Position numbers and translations under genes: made by a program
Part shown: one piece after another, positions 12,460 to 25,300 of the stretch
Layout of the letters: every line of letters begins with the position of its first letter
Position numbering within the stretch: the first letter of the stretch is position 1
Notes under the pieces: model-generated
Told to the model about the DNA's origin: nothing
Database searches by the model: none
The model's input: only the letters and a program-made list of their open reading frames with translations
Assembly: GCA_003971905.1 (NCBI GenBank)
Contig: RSEE01000001.1
Span: forward strand, 1,364,001 to 1,428,000
DNA from: Moniliella sp. 'wahieum'
Lineage: Eukaryota
Length of the DNA stretch: 64,000 bases
Reading direction: 5' to 3'

Positions 12460-12904
12460 GGTGACTAGAGTAGATGGTAGTGGTGAGCGGCCCATCAGGT
12501 CAGCTGCTACAGTGCTGAGGCTCAGCTCCGAGGCCCACAAAAGAGGGCTCAGTCAAATTCCGCTCCCTACCACCTTCCGCCGCAAGCTACCTCACGTCAC
12601 AGCGCCTCGGCCTCTGATGCGAGAAGGCGAGGGAGTCCTGGACAGACTCTGAGTGAGAAGGTTCACTGCCAGGATCTATACTGCGGCTAATAACCGCAAT
12701 GGAGGCTGTCAGCCGCGGGGCCCCGGAGGGCAGTGTGAAACCTCCACAACTAAGGACTCAGTGAGTACTCACTAGCACTGAGGGCCTCCCGTACTCACGC
12801 GCCACGTCGACTGGCCGTAGCTTCCAGCTTGGTGACATTGTTGTTGAAATGATTGTAGGAGCTTTCGTAATGGAAGGCAGAAGGACAAGTCGCGCTGGAG
12901 GCGG

Positions 12905-12930
12905 TTAAACGTTAAACGTTAAACGTTGAA
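12905..12930. repeat. (TTAAACG)3 tandem array in the GCLM/UNG1 divergent intergenic region
   Basis: Sequence ttaaacgttaaacgttaaacgttgaa. Confidence 0.8.
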
Positions 12931-13123
12931 GCAAGGTAGGGTGCTCTTCTGACGTAATCATGGCATCGCGACGGGACGCGTGACGCGAATCGACGTGACG
13001 CGAACAGAAAATGCCAGCGAACGCACTCGACCCTGCTGCACCACGCCGGGTTGAATACTGGGTTCTAGATCGCCATCTCTTCGACTTTGGTTCGCCCTCG
13101 TCGTGACAACAAGCTCGCCTGAC

Positions 13124-14558
13124 ATGCCCGCCACAATCAAGAAAGTGGAAGTCAGTTCTGATGCGGATCTGAAAACGGTTTCCCAAGCCTCCCCGCCGTG
13201 CCGGACGCCCTGGCGCTCGAGCGGCAGACGATGGGTCCACCTTGGCTCGAACGCCTGGACACTGCACTGCACCACTCCTCCTTTGCCAATCTCAAGGCCT
13301 TCCTTGCATCCGAAGCCAAAGGAGGCAAAACCGTTTTTCCGCCCGAGAAGGACATCTACGCCTGGTCCCGGTACCCCTCAGGGGGGCCGCGGGCCGTGAG
13401 GGTGGTAGTGGTAGGACAGGATCCATACCATGGTCCTGGTCAGGCTTGCGGGCTCTCATTCAGCGTCGGTCCTGGGATTGCCATTCCCCCAGCCTACGGA
13501 ACATTTACAAGGAGATTGCTGCCGAGTACCCCTCTAGTGGCTCGCATGTCTCCCCCACATCTGCTCATGCTGGTCGTTTGGAGCAGCAAGGCTTTACCGC
13601 CCCATCGCATGGTTCGTTGTTGGGTGGGCGGAACAAGGTTACTGCTTCTCAATGCGTGTCTTGTATGTCTTTTCCCCTCCGATCTTGGCTAGAGTACGAA
13701 GGTTGACCTTGTCATGATGACTGTCTTTACCAGACCGTTCGCGCGCCACCAAGCTGGTTCGCACACCAAGCAAGGCTGGGAACCCTTTACCCGCACCATC
13801 CTTGAGGTCCTGGCCGAGGAGGCCAAGAATGCTCACCCGCCATCGGGATGGCAACTGCTCCTGCACCCCCGCGATGCAGCAAGTTGTACCCATTCCTGAG
13901 CCAGCCTCGGCGCCGCAGGCCCCACGACCCAAGTCAACGCCTGGAAAAGGGAAGCGGCAACCCCCCTCCGGACCTCACACACCATCGACATGTTTGCTCG
14001 CGCCAAGCGGCCCAAGGTAACCCCAGATTCCCCTGCCCCTCCGCCTACTCTACCGATGCGAATTCCCACCAGGTGAAACGGATGGACCTCCTCCCCTCCC
14101 TGTCGCGCCAAGCGCCCCTGCTGAACGTCACGCCACTCTTCTTCCCCGTCCGCGAACAAGGGGGAGATGATAAGCAGGGGGAAACGGTGACCAGGGAAAC
14201 GAGGAAAGCGTAACGGATGTCTGTCGTGCATCGTCTTTCTCGCTTGGGGAGCTCAAGCAAGCAAGATTTTGGCCGATGCGGGCATAACAGATGTACGTGC
14301 CACACCCCGCGCGTGATGCTTTTCTTTGCCTTTGGCGGCAAGAGGCGGCAAAGATGGAACCTAACCTTGTGTCGTCTCTCCTGCCCTGCTATACCCTATA
14401 CCCCTCACAGAACACACCCAACACTTATTCTCGCCCCCCACCTCCCCCCTCTCTGCCCACCGCGGCTTCTTTAACAACCAGCATTTCCGTCGAACCAACG
14501 AATTCCTCGTCTCGCGGTATGGCCCCCAGGGCGCGATCGACTGGGGCTACCTCCCTGA
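13124..14558 (+). CDS. UNG1: Uracil-DNA glycosylase (family 1), with an intron, frameshifts and a long internal insertion
   Basis: Motifs VFPPEKDIYAWS, VVVVGQDPYHGPGQACGLSFS, SLRNIYKE, LLLNA, TVRAHQAGSH..GWEPFT, a degenerate HPSPLS-AHRGFF, and a C-terminal GAIDW. Confidence 0.95.
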
Positions 14559-15770
14559 GCCTGTATAAAGCACAAAAACGATGGTATCTCAATTCTTTAT
14601 TTTTCTTCTCTTCGTACACTTGGCCTTTCTCCTCCCTACAGTTTTTCGCGAGCCTCCCAGCGGATCTACCCCCACAAACACCTTGACCATCCGCTCACTG
14701 CTGCTATCCCCAGTGGTTCGCTGTTCAGCCCGACTTGTTCCCAACGCATCCGTGATGACATGGATCGGTTCGGCTGGTCGAGTTTTCTGTCTCGCAGACC
14801 AAAACGCACTCGGCTGAGCCTCAGTGCAGTATCGCCTCCCAAATGCAATCTCACGGCGAATTTCCCACAAAACGGTACCCTTCCCCAGAGGTGTTTTCTC
14901 CAAGCCGAGCGAAAAGTCACATCTCGTGCTTCCGGTCTTCTGGCTCAATAACCGATCGAGCGGGTGTAAATTTGTAAGAGGCAATGCGGATATCCGTTAG
15001 TTCGGTGTGGTTGCCTGCGTGCAAAGGGCTCTGCAAGGGCTGCAGCACAGCCCCGCCTCAAGAGATGGATCAGAAGCGTAACGATGCGTAGCTCGTTCAA
15101 ATTTGTTGAAAAAAGGAGGGGCCCAGCCGGTAACGTTCCTCCTCCGTTGCCGCATGCCTGTGCGGCGGAAGGTGGGGTGAAAGAAAGTCTTACTTAAGTG
15201 AAAGCGCTACCTGGAGAGCTCTGAGACCGATCTTCGGTAGCTGCGGTGTGCGTGTAACGTGATACATATTATCTTCCTATTACGTAAGGATGCGGGGACT
15301 CGAGGGTCTGCAGCCACAGACGAAATATATGATGAACGCAGGAAGCAACTGTCCATCCCATTGGCAAAAGGGAAAAGAGAAACTAGTACATGTGCTGGAC
15401 ATCATCCTCAGAGTGCAGACAACGGCCCGCGCAAAACAGGTAGGAGAGGATGCCAAGAAGGTAGTGATATAGACATCCGTAAAAAACACAGATGAAGAGG
15501 ACAAGATGTGAAATGGATACAGAGGCCAATAAGTGTCCAGCGGTGCTCCCAAACAAATGAGAAGAGATGTAAAGGGTACCACGATGATCCTCCGGCAAAA
15601 TGGAACCAAGTAGCGTATGTTCTCAATCTGGCGCGGAAAAAAGTACAAATGGGGGGGTAGCGAGTCGTGCAATTCCGTGTGGGCAAACGTGTTCTTCTTA
15701 GTACCCAGCGCATCAGGTGCGAGAGAAATGAGGGCAGAGGGGGCGTCTTACGTGCAGTGGACACGGAGAA

Positions 15771-16829
15771 TTAGAGGGAAAAGACGGGGTACATGGGGAA
15801 CGGCCTATTCGACTCCCCTGGCCGTTCTCCGGCCACTAAGGTGGAACGGAAGGGAGGAGGTTCAGAGGGTGCAGTAGACGAGGGCACAAAGGCGGCTTTG
15901 CCCACGGTCGCCTCAGATCGTGTGGGAAGGAGGCTAAGTCCCTGTCCCACTTGACCTGGCTGAGACGGGGCCCCATTCTCAACCTTGACCACACTCGGAG
16001 GAGCGCCCTGCAGCTCAATAGGGACGCCGTTTTGTACCACGAACGGACTGGGCGGGAAAATGGACCTTCTTGGAACGACAAGGCCCGGCTGGTACGGAGG
16101 ACAGGAACATGGTCCGGACCGCACAAAGAAACCGAGGCATCACACAGCGACGAACTCCGACCACGACGTGCCCCCCCGCCGGAGAGGGCTCATCCAACAT
16201 GACATGCGGCCGGGTTGGAAGGGGTTCGCCCAGTGGAGTATAGGTCGTTCCTGGTGGTGATGGAAAGGGCGATTTGGCTTGTTCGGTTGAGTATGGTGGG
16301 ACGAAGGACCCAATGTGTTGGACGCGACCATGCTCGCAAAAGGAGGTTCTCTTGGCGGAGATTGCCCAGCATGATGGACAAGGATTCGTTGCGCTCCAAA
16401 AGCACACTCTCACTTGACTGCATAGTGGTCAACATGCACTCTAGCTACCAAACCGCACAGTGAAGAGTACACAAATGAATCAGCCTCTGCACACTTCTTG
16501 ACAACTTCCACACACATGACCACACAGAAGGATAAGATTGACCAAGGGGGACGTACATCCGAGATCCGCGTTTCTTTGCGTCGGCGCAGAGCACGCTGAG
16601 CATTCCGGTTTTGCTCGCGACGGCGAGATGCACGTTCTTCCCGAGAAAGCTTGGCGCCATTATGGTGCAGGTTATTATGAGGTGCCCCAACGGATTGCTT
16701 TGGCTCAGCTGCCTGTCCTGCGTCCGAGTGAGGTGAAGCACTGTCGGAGCTGCTGTTGCCAGAGTTGACCTGGAGGGGAGATGGATATGTTGGTTGGGCC
16801 ATGGCATGGCGCTGGTCTTGGTGCGACAT
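15771..16829 (-). CDS. bZIP transcription factor, Yap/AP-1-like basic region (3' end uncertain)
   Basis: Basic region RRREQNRNAQRALRRRKETRISD, then an intron (GTACGT at 16556 to TAG at 16445), then the zipper LECMLTTMQSSESVLLERNESLSIMLGNLRQENLLLR. Confidence 0.85.
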
Positions 16830-19656
16830 GGGGGGCGCAAGCGCCTCGTCGCAAACTGGAAATGGTAGCGGTAGCGAGGTACTGAAAAATGGGATGGTGT
16901 CGGTGTTGTTCATAATAGCCCTAAGATTTTGCAACCGAAAGACTCGGTTGATGAGCCAGGGGTGGGCCGGGGGTAACAAAAGCTAGGTGCACAGGAGGAA
17001 TGGACGAGGTCTGCGTATGGGGCACACGAAGGCTGCGATGACGGTAAGAATGTGACACAGCTGACTCAAGGCAGGCGCGTCGTGGTGGGAGGAGGTGGGC
17101 CAAAGAAACGGAAGACAAAATGAGGGTGCTGCACTTTTATACGGACGATGTTTATTGGCAATATCATGACAGAGCAAGCGGCTGGATGACAGTTATGACT
17201 GTTCGTTGCACAGTCCGTCACTCGGGCAGCCAACACAAGTATCACAGCGTACTAACCGGCGATTAATCGGTCGAAGTTCGCTGACGCCCACACAGGGTGC
17301 AGGAAAGCCCCAATTTTCTAAAGGAGCCCCTATACCCTTTTAACAGCCTTAACGCTCGTATATCTCCTCTCTATGAGATATATACGTCTGTGTGCGTAGC
17401 GCGACGACGAAGCACCCGCGTCTATTACCCACTCCGCTAGCAGCGTAACCAGAGGTTGGGCGCAAAGGAGAGGGGTGTTATTTTAACCTGCGCCTATGAA
17501 GCTGCTAAAAGGGACCCAGATGGGATGGACCCCTGGGATCCCGATGGCTTGCACACGTCTCTCTCCCCCCAGCAAAGGGTCAAGACCCAAGTAAAGGTGC
17601 GGTACGCCGCCCGCACGCTCAAGTACATACCTGGAAGCAGAACTGCTGACGGCCAACGGAAGAAGGGGTCCCGTTCTGAGTGCAGGCGCCCATGGTTGAT
17701 GGTGTGGCGACGAAGATATACGTGGCGCAAAAGGAAGGGGCAAGTGCGTGGGGTTGTGCAAAGGGGTCAGATCTCCGATCTCAGAGCGAACCACAATGAA
17801 GTGCCCTATTGGCCCTTGAAGCTAGACGCTTAACGCTTAACGCTTGAGCTCCCGCCGGGATTAAAAGCAGAGCGCTAGGAGGGGGGGTAGATTAGTGGTA
17901 GGGTCTCAAGCGGGAAGGGTACAAGGGTGCAAGGGTGCTATAAGGGGGTGACCGGGACCACTGACCAGTGAAGGGCCATTGCATCACAAGAGGAAGGGCG
18001 CGGCTGGGGGTACGGAAGTGTACGGAGGGCGGAGAGACAGGGTGTAAAGGGGTGTTACAGAAAGGATCCGGTGCTCTGGGTCGGGGGCGCGAGTGTGGCG
18101 CGACGTGTGTGGCGAGTGGGATTATCCATCTGTGCATCTGTCCCTCTGTCCATCTGTCCGTCTGTCAATATGTCAATGAGTGTTTTGTGTGCCACATGCA
18201 TGTCACCCTGTCAGCGTGCGCCGGCGCTAGGGCTGCCCGGTCCACATGCTGACTATCTACCTCGGTGGCTCAGATACGTACTCCTCACGCAGGCGCCACG
18301 CGTCAGGAGGAGTGCTACGTCCAGAGGACACGTTGGGCGTAAGCCGACCGTTGCGCGTTACGGGTTACGCGTTAGACCCTGCTAGATCTTGAGCCCGAGG
18401 CCGGACCGTGAGACCGGCCGCTCGGCACGAAAGCTCGATCCTAAAGCTCCGGTTGGGATGGCCTGTGCAGGGACGAGGAGGCTACCGCCACAGACTGCCG
18501 CGCCTGAGCCCGTACTGAGCGCATATATAACTGCGCCTGCAACGGATTGGCAAAACGCGTGATAAAGGATTCCGCAGTGTACCGCACCCAGCCACACCAG
18601 TGGCACAGACCACACCAGCCCCAGGCCGCACCAAGCCGCACCAGGCCCCAGGCTGGTGGCTCGGAGAATTGAAAGCAAAGCGCAGCAGACATGTCTCGCT
18701 TGCCCAGACTGTCACATGTGACATGTGACATGTGACAGCGGCAGAAGAAGCTAACGCGCTCGTTCGCGTCACGCGTCGCGCGGGCACCTGTCAGCGCTGT
18801 CAGCATGTCTGCGTTGTCTGCCTGGTAGATCTCAGATTGTAGAGGAGCGCGCCTCCGCTCTGTGTAGCGCTTGTGCTCAGCGCCTCCGCTCCGCCGCTCA
18901 GCCGCTCAGCCCCTGAGAGCGAGAGATCTTGGACCCATCCACATGACGCGGACGATGTGACGCGTTGACATGTGACATGCTCAAAACTCGCCTTTTTCAA
19001 ATGTCTGTTCGATGACCTATGTAAACGTGTTTTGCTCTAATTAAATGTCCTTTTGAAAGCATGGAAGGGTCGGTTGAAATTTGAACGTTGCCGCGACTAG
19101 CTGTGGTGCTGACGCGCTTGACGGGGTCGAGGCGGGTGTGATGACACACACCATCGATGCCTTGATGGTGGGCACGCGGATGGACTTTGAGAATGCAGTT
19201 GTTTTGGCATTGGGCATGTTGGGCATGTCTCGTATGCACGGCCAACGATCAACGTATACCACATGGCAGATACCAACGCGGTCATCGAACATCGAGGTCA
19301 TCGACAATTTAAAGGCTTTTGAAAAGTTTTGGCCGCCGGGCACACACCAAAGCACACCTTGTTTGCTGGAGACGCTGGACGTTGATCGACGGACGAAGCT
19401 GAGCAGGGCATCAGTGCACATGGAGGAACAACTGTTATACGGTGACTATTCCAGAAAATGCTTATTCGCCAGTACAAAACATATGTTGTACACTACAGTA
19501 GGGACTTACCGGAGGGTCGCCGCTTGCTGGTTGCTCTATCATCTTTTCAGCATTTCATCGGATCGCGACCGCCAGTGGTAGTTAGATATATTATTTGGCC
19601 AATATTTCCTCTTCTACTACAACTCTTGATCTCGGTGTTCCCGTTTTCCCTCTCGG

Positions 19657-19730
19657 TTAAGGCTTAACCGGCTCAAACGGCTTAACCGGCTCAACCGGCT
19701 TAACCGTTATAGGTAACGCCCGTCTAGCCC
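19657..19730. repeat. Short-unit array (GCTYAACCG)n, possible DNA-transposon subterminal relic
   Basis: Sequence ggcttaaccggctcaaacggcttaaccggctcaaccggcttaaccgtt. No matching second end or transposase was found. Confidence 0.4.
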
Positions 19731-20171
19731 ATTATGTACACACTCTCACCATTACATCGCCTCCCACAACTTCTTGGACGCACTCGTTGACTTGGCTATG
19801 ATCCACTATCGATCATGTTCAACCTAACATGTAACATGCAGTACTGAAGAGACTTGCGGCCATATGACTCATGGGAACGAGATTTACTAACAGGATGTAT
19901 ATGAACTCACAGAAAACATAATCATTCTCCTCTCAATTGTTTCCATTGCTCAACAGTGATTGATCAACTGCATTTGGTACATTGGACTGGACTGGAAGGG
20001 GTACAGTGGTAACTTATACGAGCTGCATGATGGACATAACACCGTGGCGCGATACGCGCTTCACATGATTCGCATGCCTCGAAATGATTCATGTCACTTT
20101 GTCGACCCCACTCCCATCCGCACTAACCGGGATAGGGTCAACCGGATGCCCCTGCATTTTCCCTGCCCTGC

Positions 20172-21790
20172 TCAGGCCTTCGGCACAAACTCAGCCAAAT
20201 CACCGCCTTTGCCTTTATGCTTCTTGAGCTGTGCGGCCCATGGGGGGTATGCGGCGTACTGGTCCACGAGGCGTGCGAGCTCGGCCCGCTGTCGCACCAA
20301 GTTCGACGGTACATCGTGGTAGGTGCCGGTAAACAAGGTGGCAAGGGCCGGACGGTCTTTCTTTTCAGCTTTGGTCATCGCGGCAATCACCTGAGCACGG
20401 TACGCCTTGGTCGTTCGTTTTTGTTCTTCTTCCGACCACCATCCGCGGGCGGTGAGAAAGTGACGCATCCGGTCTAGTGGGTTGTCCAGTCGCTTCCAGT
20501 CTTCGACAGATTGCTTGGGACGGTACGCACTCGAGTCGTCCGAGGTAGAGTGATGACCCACTCGGTAACTCATCAGCTCCAGCAAAACCGGAACATGGCG
20601 CGTCAGAGCTACCTCTCGTGCCGCCTTGACCGCCATCCTTGTTGCCAACACATCGTTCCCGTCTACGCGCAACGTCGGCATGCCATACCCGGCGCCCCGA
20701 CTGGCAATCCCGTCCCCGGCGTATTGCTGCGTGGAAGGGGTGGAGATGGCGAATCCATTGTTGCGCACAATGAACCTGTCGGACGAAAAATGGACAGGTC
20801 AGTACCCAGTGCCACTACATAGTAGATACGGAGCCAACGGTCCAGCATTGCGAGAGAAGAACACGTACAGAACTGGGCTCTTGGTCGTAGCAGCAATGTT
20901 AAAACCCGCATGGGCATCTCCCTCACTGGCTGCGCCTTCGCCAAAAAACAAGCCGCCACATTACCCTCCCTCCCCTTGGTTCGCTTCAAGGCAAATGCCG
21001 CCCAGCAGCCTGTGGGATCTGCGTGGCAAGCGGGGACGAGACAGTGTGGAAGTGATGTTCCTTCGAGCCAAAGTGGACCGGCATCTGTCGGCCGGCGCAG
21101 CGATCGTCGTGCGCGCCAAACACTTGACTCATATAGTCGTCCAGCGGGAATCCACGCCAGAGCAAAATGCCACTCTCACGGTACTGCGTAAAGACTTCGT
21201 CTTTGCTATTCAACCCCCGCCGCACCGACAACCGCCCCTTCTTCTCCATGCGAGGTCATCATAAACGAAATCCGGCCTTGACGTTGTGCATTGTACAGGA
21301 TATCGTCCAACGTTGGTAGCAAAAGCATTAGTTTGTACATTTCCACCGCTTCCTCTTGGCTCAGCTAGGGAAGAAGAGGCACTCGGTGGGTAAGCAAAGG
21401 AAGACGAACACGGCGGTAGGGCCGAAGGACAAGGCGTACCTCGAGTGTCTCCTCCGTCACGTTGGGCATGAGGCGGCCATGCATGTCGGTCAAGCGGAAG
21501 GTGGGGATTGCGCCGGCGCCACTGGCGGCGGGTTTGCTGGGGTCGATCCAACAGTCGTTGATGCTGGAAAGAAAGAGTGAGCCGGGGTAGCCGGGCACAT
21601 GGGCTGGTGGCTCCACGCTCACCGCCCGGTGGACGCGGGAGCACGTAGAGAGCGTGCGGGACGCGACGGCCCCCGAGCCGCGCCAAAGGCTAGGAAGATA
21701 GGATGGACAATAAGGGAGGCAGACTGGCATGAGGGCGAAGCGGAGGGAAGGCGGTGGTGGAGCGAGTGCGAGAGGCGAGGCGAGCGGCAT
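20172..21790 (-). CDS. BCKDHA: 2-oxoisovalerate dehydrogenase E1 alpha subunit (mitochondrial), multi-exon; start uncertain
   Basis: Motifs [35 protein letters not shown], the TPP motif [14 protein letters not shown]...NNGFAISTP, and [16 protein letters not shown]. Confidence 0.96.
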
Positions 21791-22389
21791 TGAGGCTGAA
21801 GATTGATGTGCTGCTGGCGGCCGATTCGGTTATCATTTGTTGGGGTGGCCGCAGCAGCCATCGTGGAGCCCCGCGTCCAAGCGGCTATCCTCGGCAACAG
21901 CCAGGCTGGGGGAGCACATCCAGTCACAGTGGCGCCATGCCACGCCGCAGCTGCTCCGAAACACGATAGTCGCCCAAAGGAAGAGGCCCATGATGGCTCC
22001 CACTGGCCCTGTGTCTCTTGCGTGCTGTTTCCGACGCCCTTGAATGTGATGGAGCAGTATGCCCGCAAGCTTGTGTGCGCCACTTATCCCCCCCAATCGC
22101 CATGGCCATTCCCATTCCCATTCATCCTCATCGATCATCCCCGTTCCCCACCCTCGTCCTCGCCATGACCTAGTGCCTATTACCTCACCATCCCACTTAC
22201 CCACTGCGGCAAGACACGGCAATCGCCCATTTAATTATGATGGTTGATGATGGGGACCGCAGAAGACCAGGAAAAGGTCATCGACGTGGGGAGGGGGGTG
22301 CAAGCGCAGACGCAGAGAGAGAAAGGAGGCAGAAGAGGGAGGTGCTGGTCGCGCGGCCAGCTGTCCCCGTGACTTGTGACTGCAACATG

Positions 22390-25300
22390 TCACACGCGTC
22401 GCCGCGCAGGTGGCACGCGCGCAATTGGCATGGCCCGGATTCCACTTCCAACCGAGGCGGGCTTGCTGCCTGATGGAGTTGCCTTTGGCCTTGCTTTGGT
22501 ACGAGAATCAGTGCCCAGGGTACCACCGCCATTCGTTTTAGACCCACTCCGGGGTTTCGACGGGAACTTGCCGAGAGGGGCTCGGCACTGGGCGCAGCAC
22601 GGAAGCGAGAGAGAGAGAGAGGCAGTGTGTCCGACTTGGCATTAGGTCCGTGGGACGAGCGCTGTGGCAGTCCATTTTCTTGCCCCGAACGGACGCCCAA
22701 GGCTGGGCGCCGTTCCGTCCCAAAGGCCTGAGCGTCGTCGCGCCAATCCACCTGCATCTCGTCCGAAAAGGTACGGCAAATGCGCATAAACTCGAGACGG
22801 TACCTGAGAAATAGGGGATCAGACTTCTTGCTCCCTACCATATCCTCTAACTGGCCCTTCGTTTCCGGTGGATCCGAAGACAAAGCCTCCAGCACCTCAT
22901 CCGACAGGATCTGCTGAGGCGCACACTTCTCCCCTTTGGCTGCCTGGCTTGCTGCCTGCAGCGCCGCGAGACAACGATGGGAAATGTTCTGCTGAGTCGG
23001 GTTGGGTTCCTCATCATCGTCCGCGACTTCAATCTCCTCTTGCGGTTGGACATACCGAGACACCTCTTCATCAGAAGAGATACGGTCTGCATCCTGATCC
23101 TCATTCTGAACCCGATTGGCACTGGACCGGGTTCGGATGCGAGAGGGAGGAGGCACCTTGTTCTTCGTGGCATGCTTAGTGCGGATCTGAGCAAGGGAAC
23201 TGCGTTTTGGGCTCGCGGGTCCTCTTCCTCCGGCATGTCCTCATCGCTCTCCTCGTCCCACTCTAGGTCCGAGTCGATTACCTCGGAAGCATAAGCAACT
23301 CGGCCTGCAGATCCTCCTGTCGTCTGGGACGGGATGGTTCGGCATCGTCCCCTTCAAACGTATTAGCACGTGAATCCCCTTGGAGCTGCACTGTACGTCG
23401 CTCCCGCCCTCTTGGTCCTGCGTTACCGGATGTCCCCTGTCTTGGGCACGGTGACAAAGATGCGGACTTTGCCCGTCATGATGACCTTGGCCTTTTCGCC
23501 AGGTTGAATGTAAGCCGACGCATACCCTGCCTCGTTGGTGCGAGTATACTCATTGAGCGCCTTGCTGGAATGCATGGCGTAAAACAGACGCTCAATCACG
23601 TTGCGGGGAACGGCCTTGCCCATACCAGCATTCTTGGCTTTATCGTGTCCCCGGTCCTTGATCACCTTCTTTTGCACCCCGCGATAAACATCAATACAAT
23701 GCTGAAGCGTCACGTGCCCATCAAGCGAGCGGATCATCTCGAGGATGCGGATCGCATCATCGGTCATATCTTGTCCTTGAACCCGCCTGTGTCACGACGA
23801 CAATTGTCGCAGGTTTGGTGGCAATCCTTGGGATCAAAGTCTTCATCAAAATACTTGAGCACCTGCTGTCGACGACAGTTGAACGTGTCAAAGCAGTACT
23901 GAACCATGCGATCCAAGTTGTCCAGTTGTTGCTTCCTGGTATGCCCATTGCCTCCATCGCTTTTGAGGATCATTCGACGAAGAGTGGTAATGTCTTTGGG
24001 AGCAAAGTAGAGGATTCCGTCGGACAATTGACCATCCCGTCCTGCCCTACCATCTTGGTAAAAGCCTTCGATCGATTGAGGTAGCGTGTGGTGAATAACG
24101 AAGCGCACGTCGGCCTTATCAATCCCCATGCCAAACGCAATAGTCGCCACCATAATCTTCACCTTCCCTTGCTGCCACTCGCTTTGGAACAGGTTACGAT
24201 CGTTCTTGCTCATGCCAGCATGGTAATGTTTAGACGGCAGACGGTACTCTTGGGTCAACGTCTGTGCCACCTCCTCGCACGTTCGCTTGGAGAGACAGTA
24301 GATGATACCAGAGTGCCCACTGTGATTCGCCTTGATAAAATCGGCAATGTCCTTAAGGACTCCCTTGCCCTTGCGCCGTACCTCATACTGAATGTTGGCG
24401 CGATTGAATGACGAGACAAAGGTCTTGGCTTGCTCGGTGTGGAGAACACAGAGGATATCCTTCCGTACCCGCGGGGCGCGGTGGCCGTCATGGCCATGAT
24501 CGGCACACCAGGATATTCCGTGCGAAGCCGGCCCAGCTCCTTATAGTCTGGACGAAAGTCGTGACCCCATTGACTGACGCAGTGGGCTTCATCCACAAAA
24601 CGGGCAAGACGGTGCTGATCAAGCAGTTGACCAAAAATGTCCCGCGCAAACCCGCTCTTACTGACAAACTCGGGAGTCACATAGAGCAATTGGCCGTACC
24701 GCTCTGCATCGCCTGGATGAAGCAGACTGTTGAACACTTGTCGCCGCACCGAGGCAGCCGAGTCGCCCGTGATGGCATACGCTGGGACACTGAGCATGTT
24801 GAGGTGCATCACCTGGTCGTGGATTAGCGAAAGAAGAGGCGAGATGACGACGGTCACGCCATGCGTCTTGCCACTACTCACAAGGGCCGGGAGTTGGTAA
24901 CATAAGCTTTTCCCCCCGCCCGTTGGCATGAGGCAGAAGACATCTCCATTTAGTGTTGCGTTAATAGCCTCAAGCTGATGTGGACGGAAGCTGGTGAGGT
25001 GGAAGACGTTACGCAGGACTCGGGTCACGTCCTGCGAGTGTCGGAAACGCATACCAAGCACGTTCTCAGCCACTTTGTTCGAGAGGATGTGTTGTTCAGG
25101 CCAGCACGAATCATAACGCCCTTTGCAGGTTTGTCTGTCGGCCGCGCAGAGGGTATGTCGGGCTCGAGCAGCATCAATTGCTCGTCCAAATCATCGTCTT
25201 CGTCGATGTCAACCAAATCAGGGGACGGCGGACGATTTGGGGCAGCACGTCCTCCGGATTTTGGTGGATTGAGGTGAAGGATGGATAGTAGGAGCAATGT

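Noticed and set aside
15260..15760. DUF3425-like C-terminal domain for the bZIP gene
   Set aside because: Only a vague SLPPHL resemblance was found and the diagnostic residues were not. The region may be UTR.
19081..19581. Transposase ORF
   Set aside because: No DDE, BED-finger or hAT dimerisation motif is recognisable on either strand.
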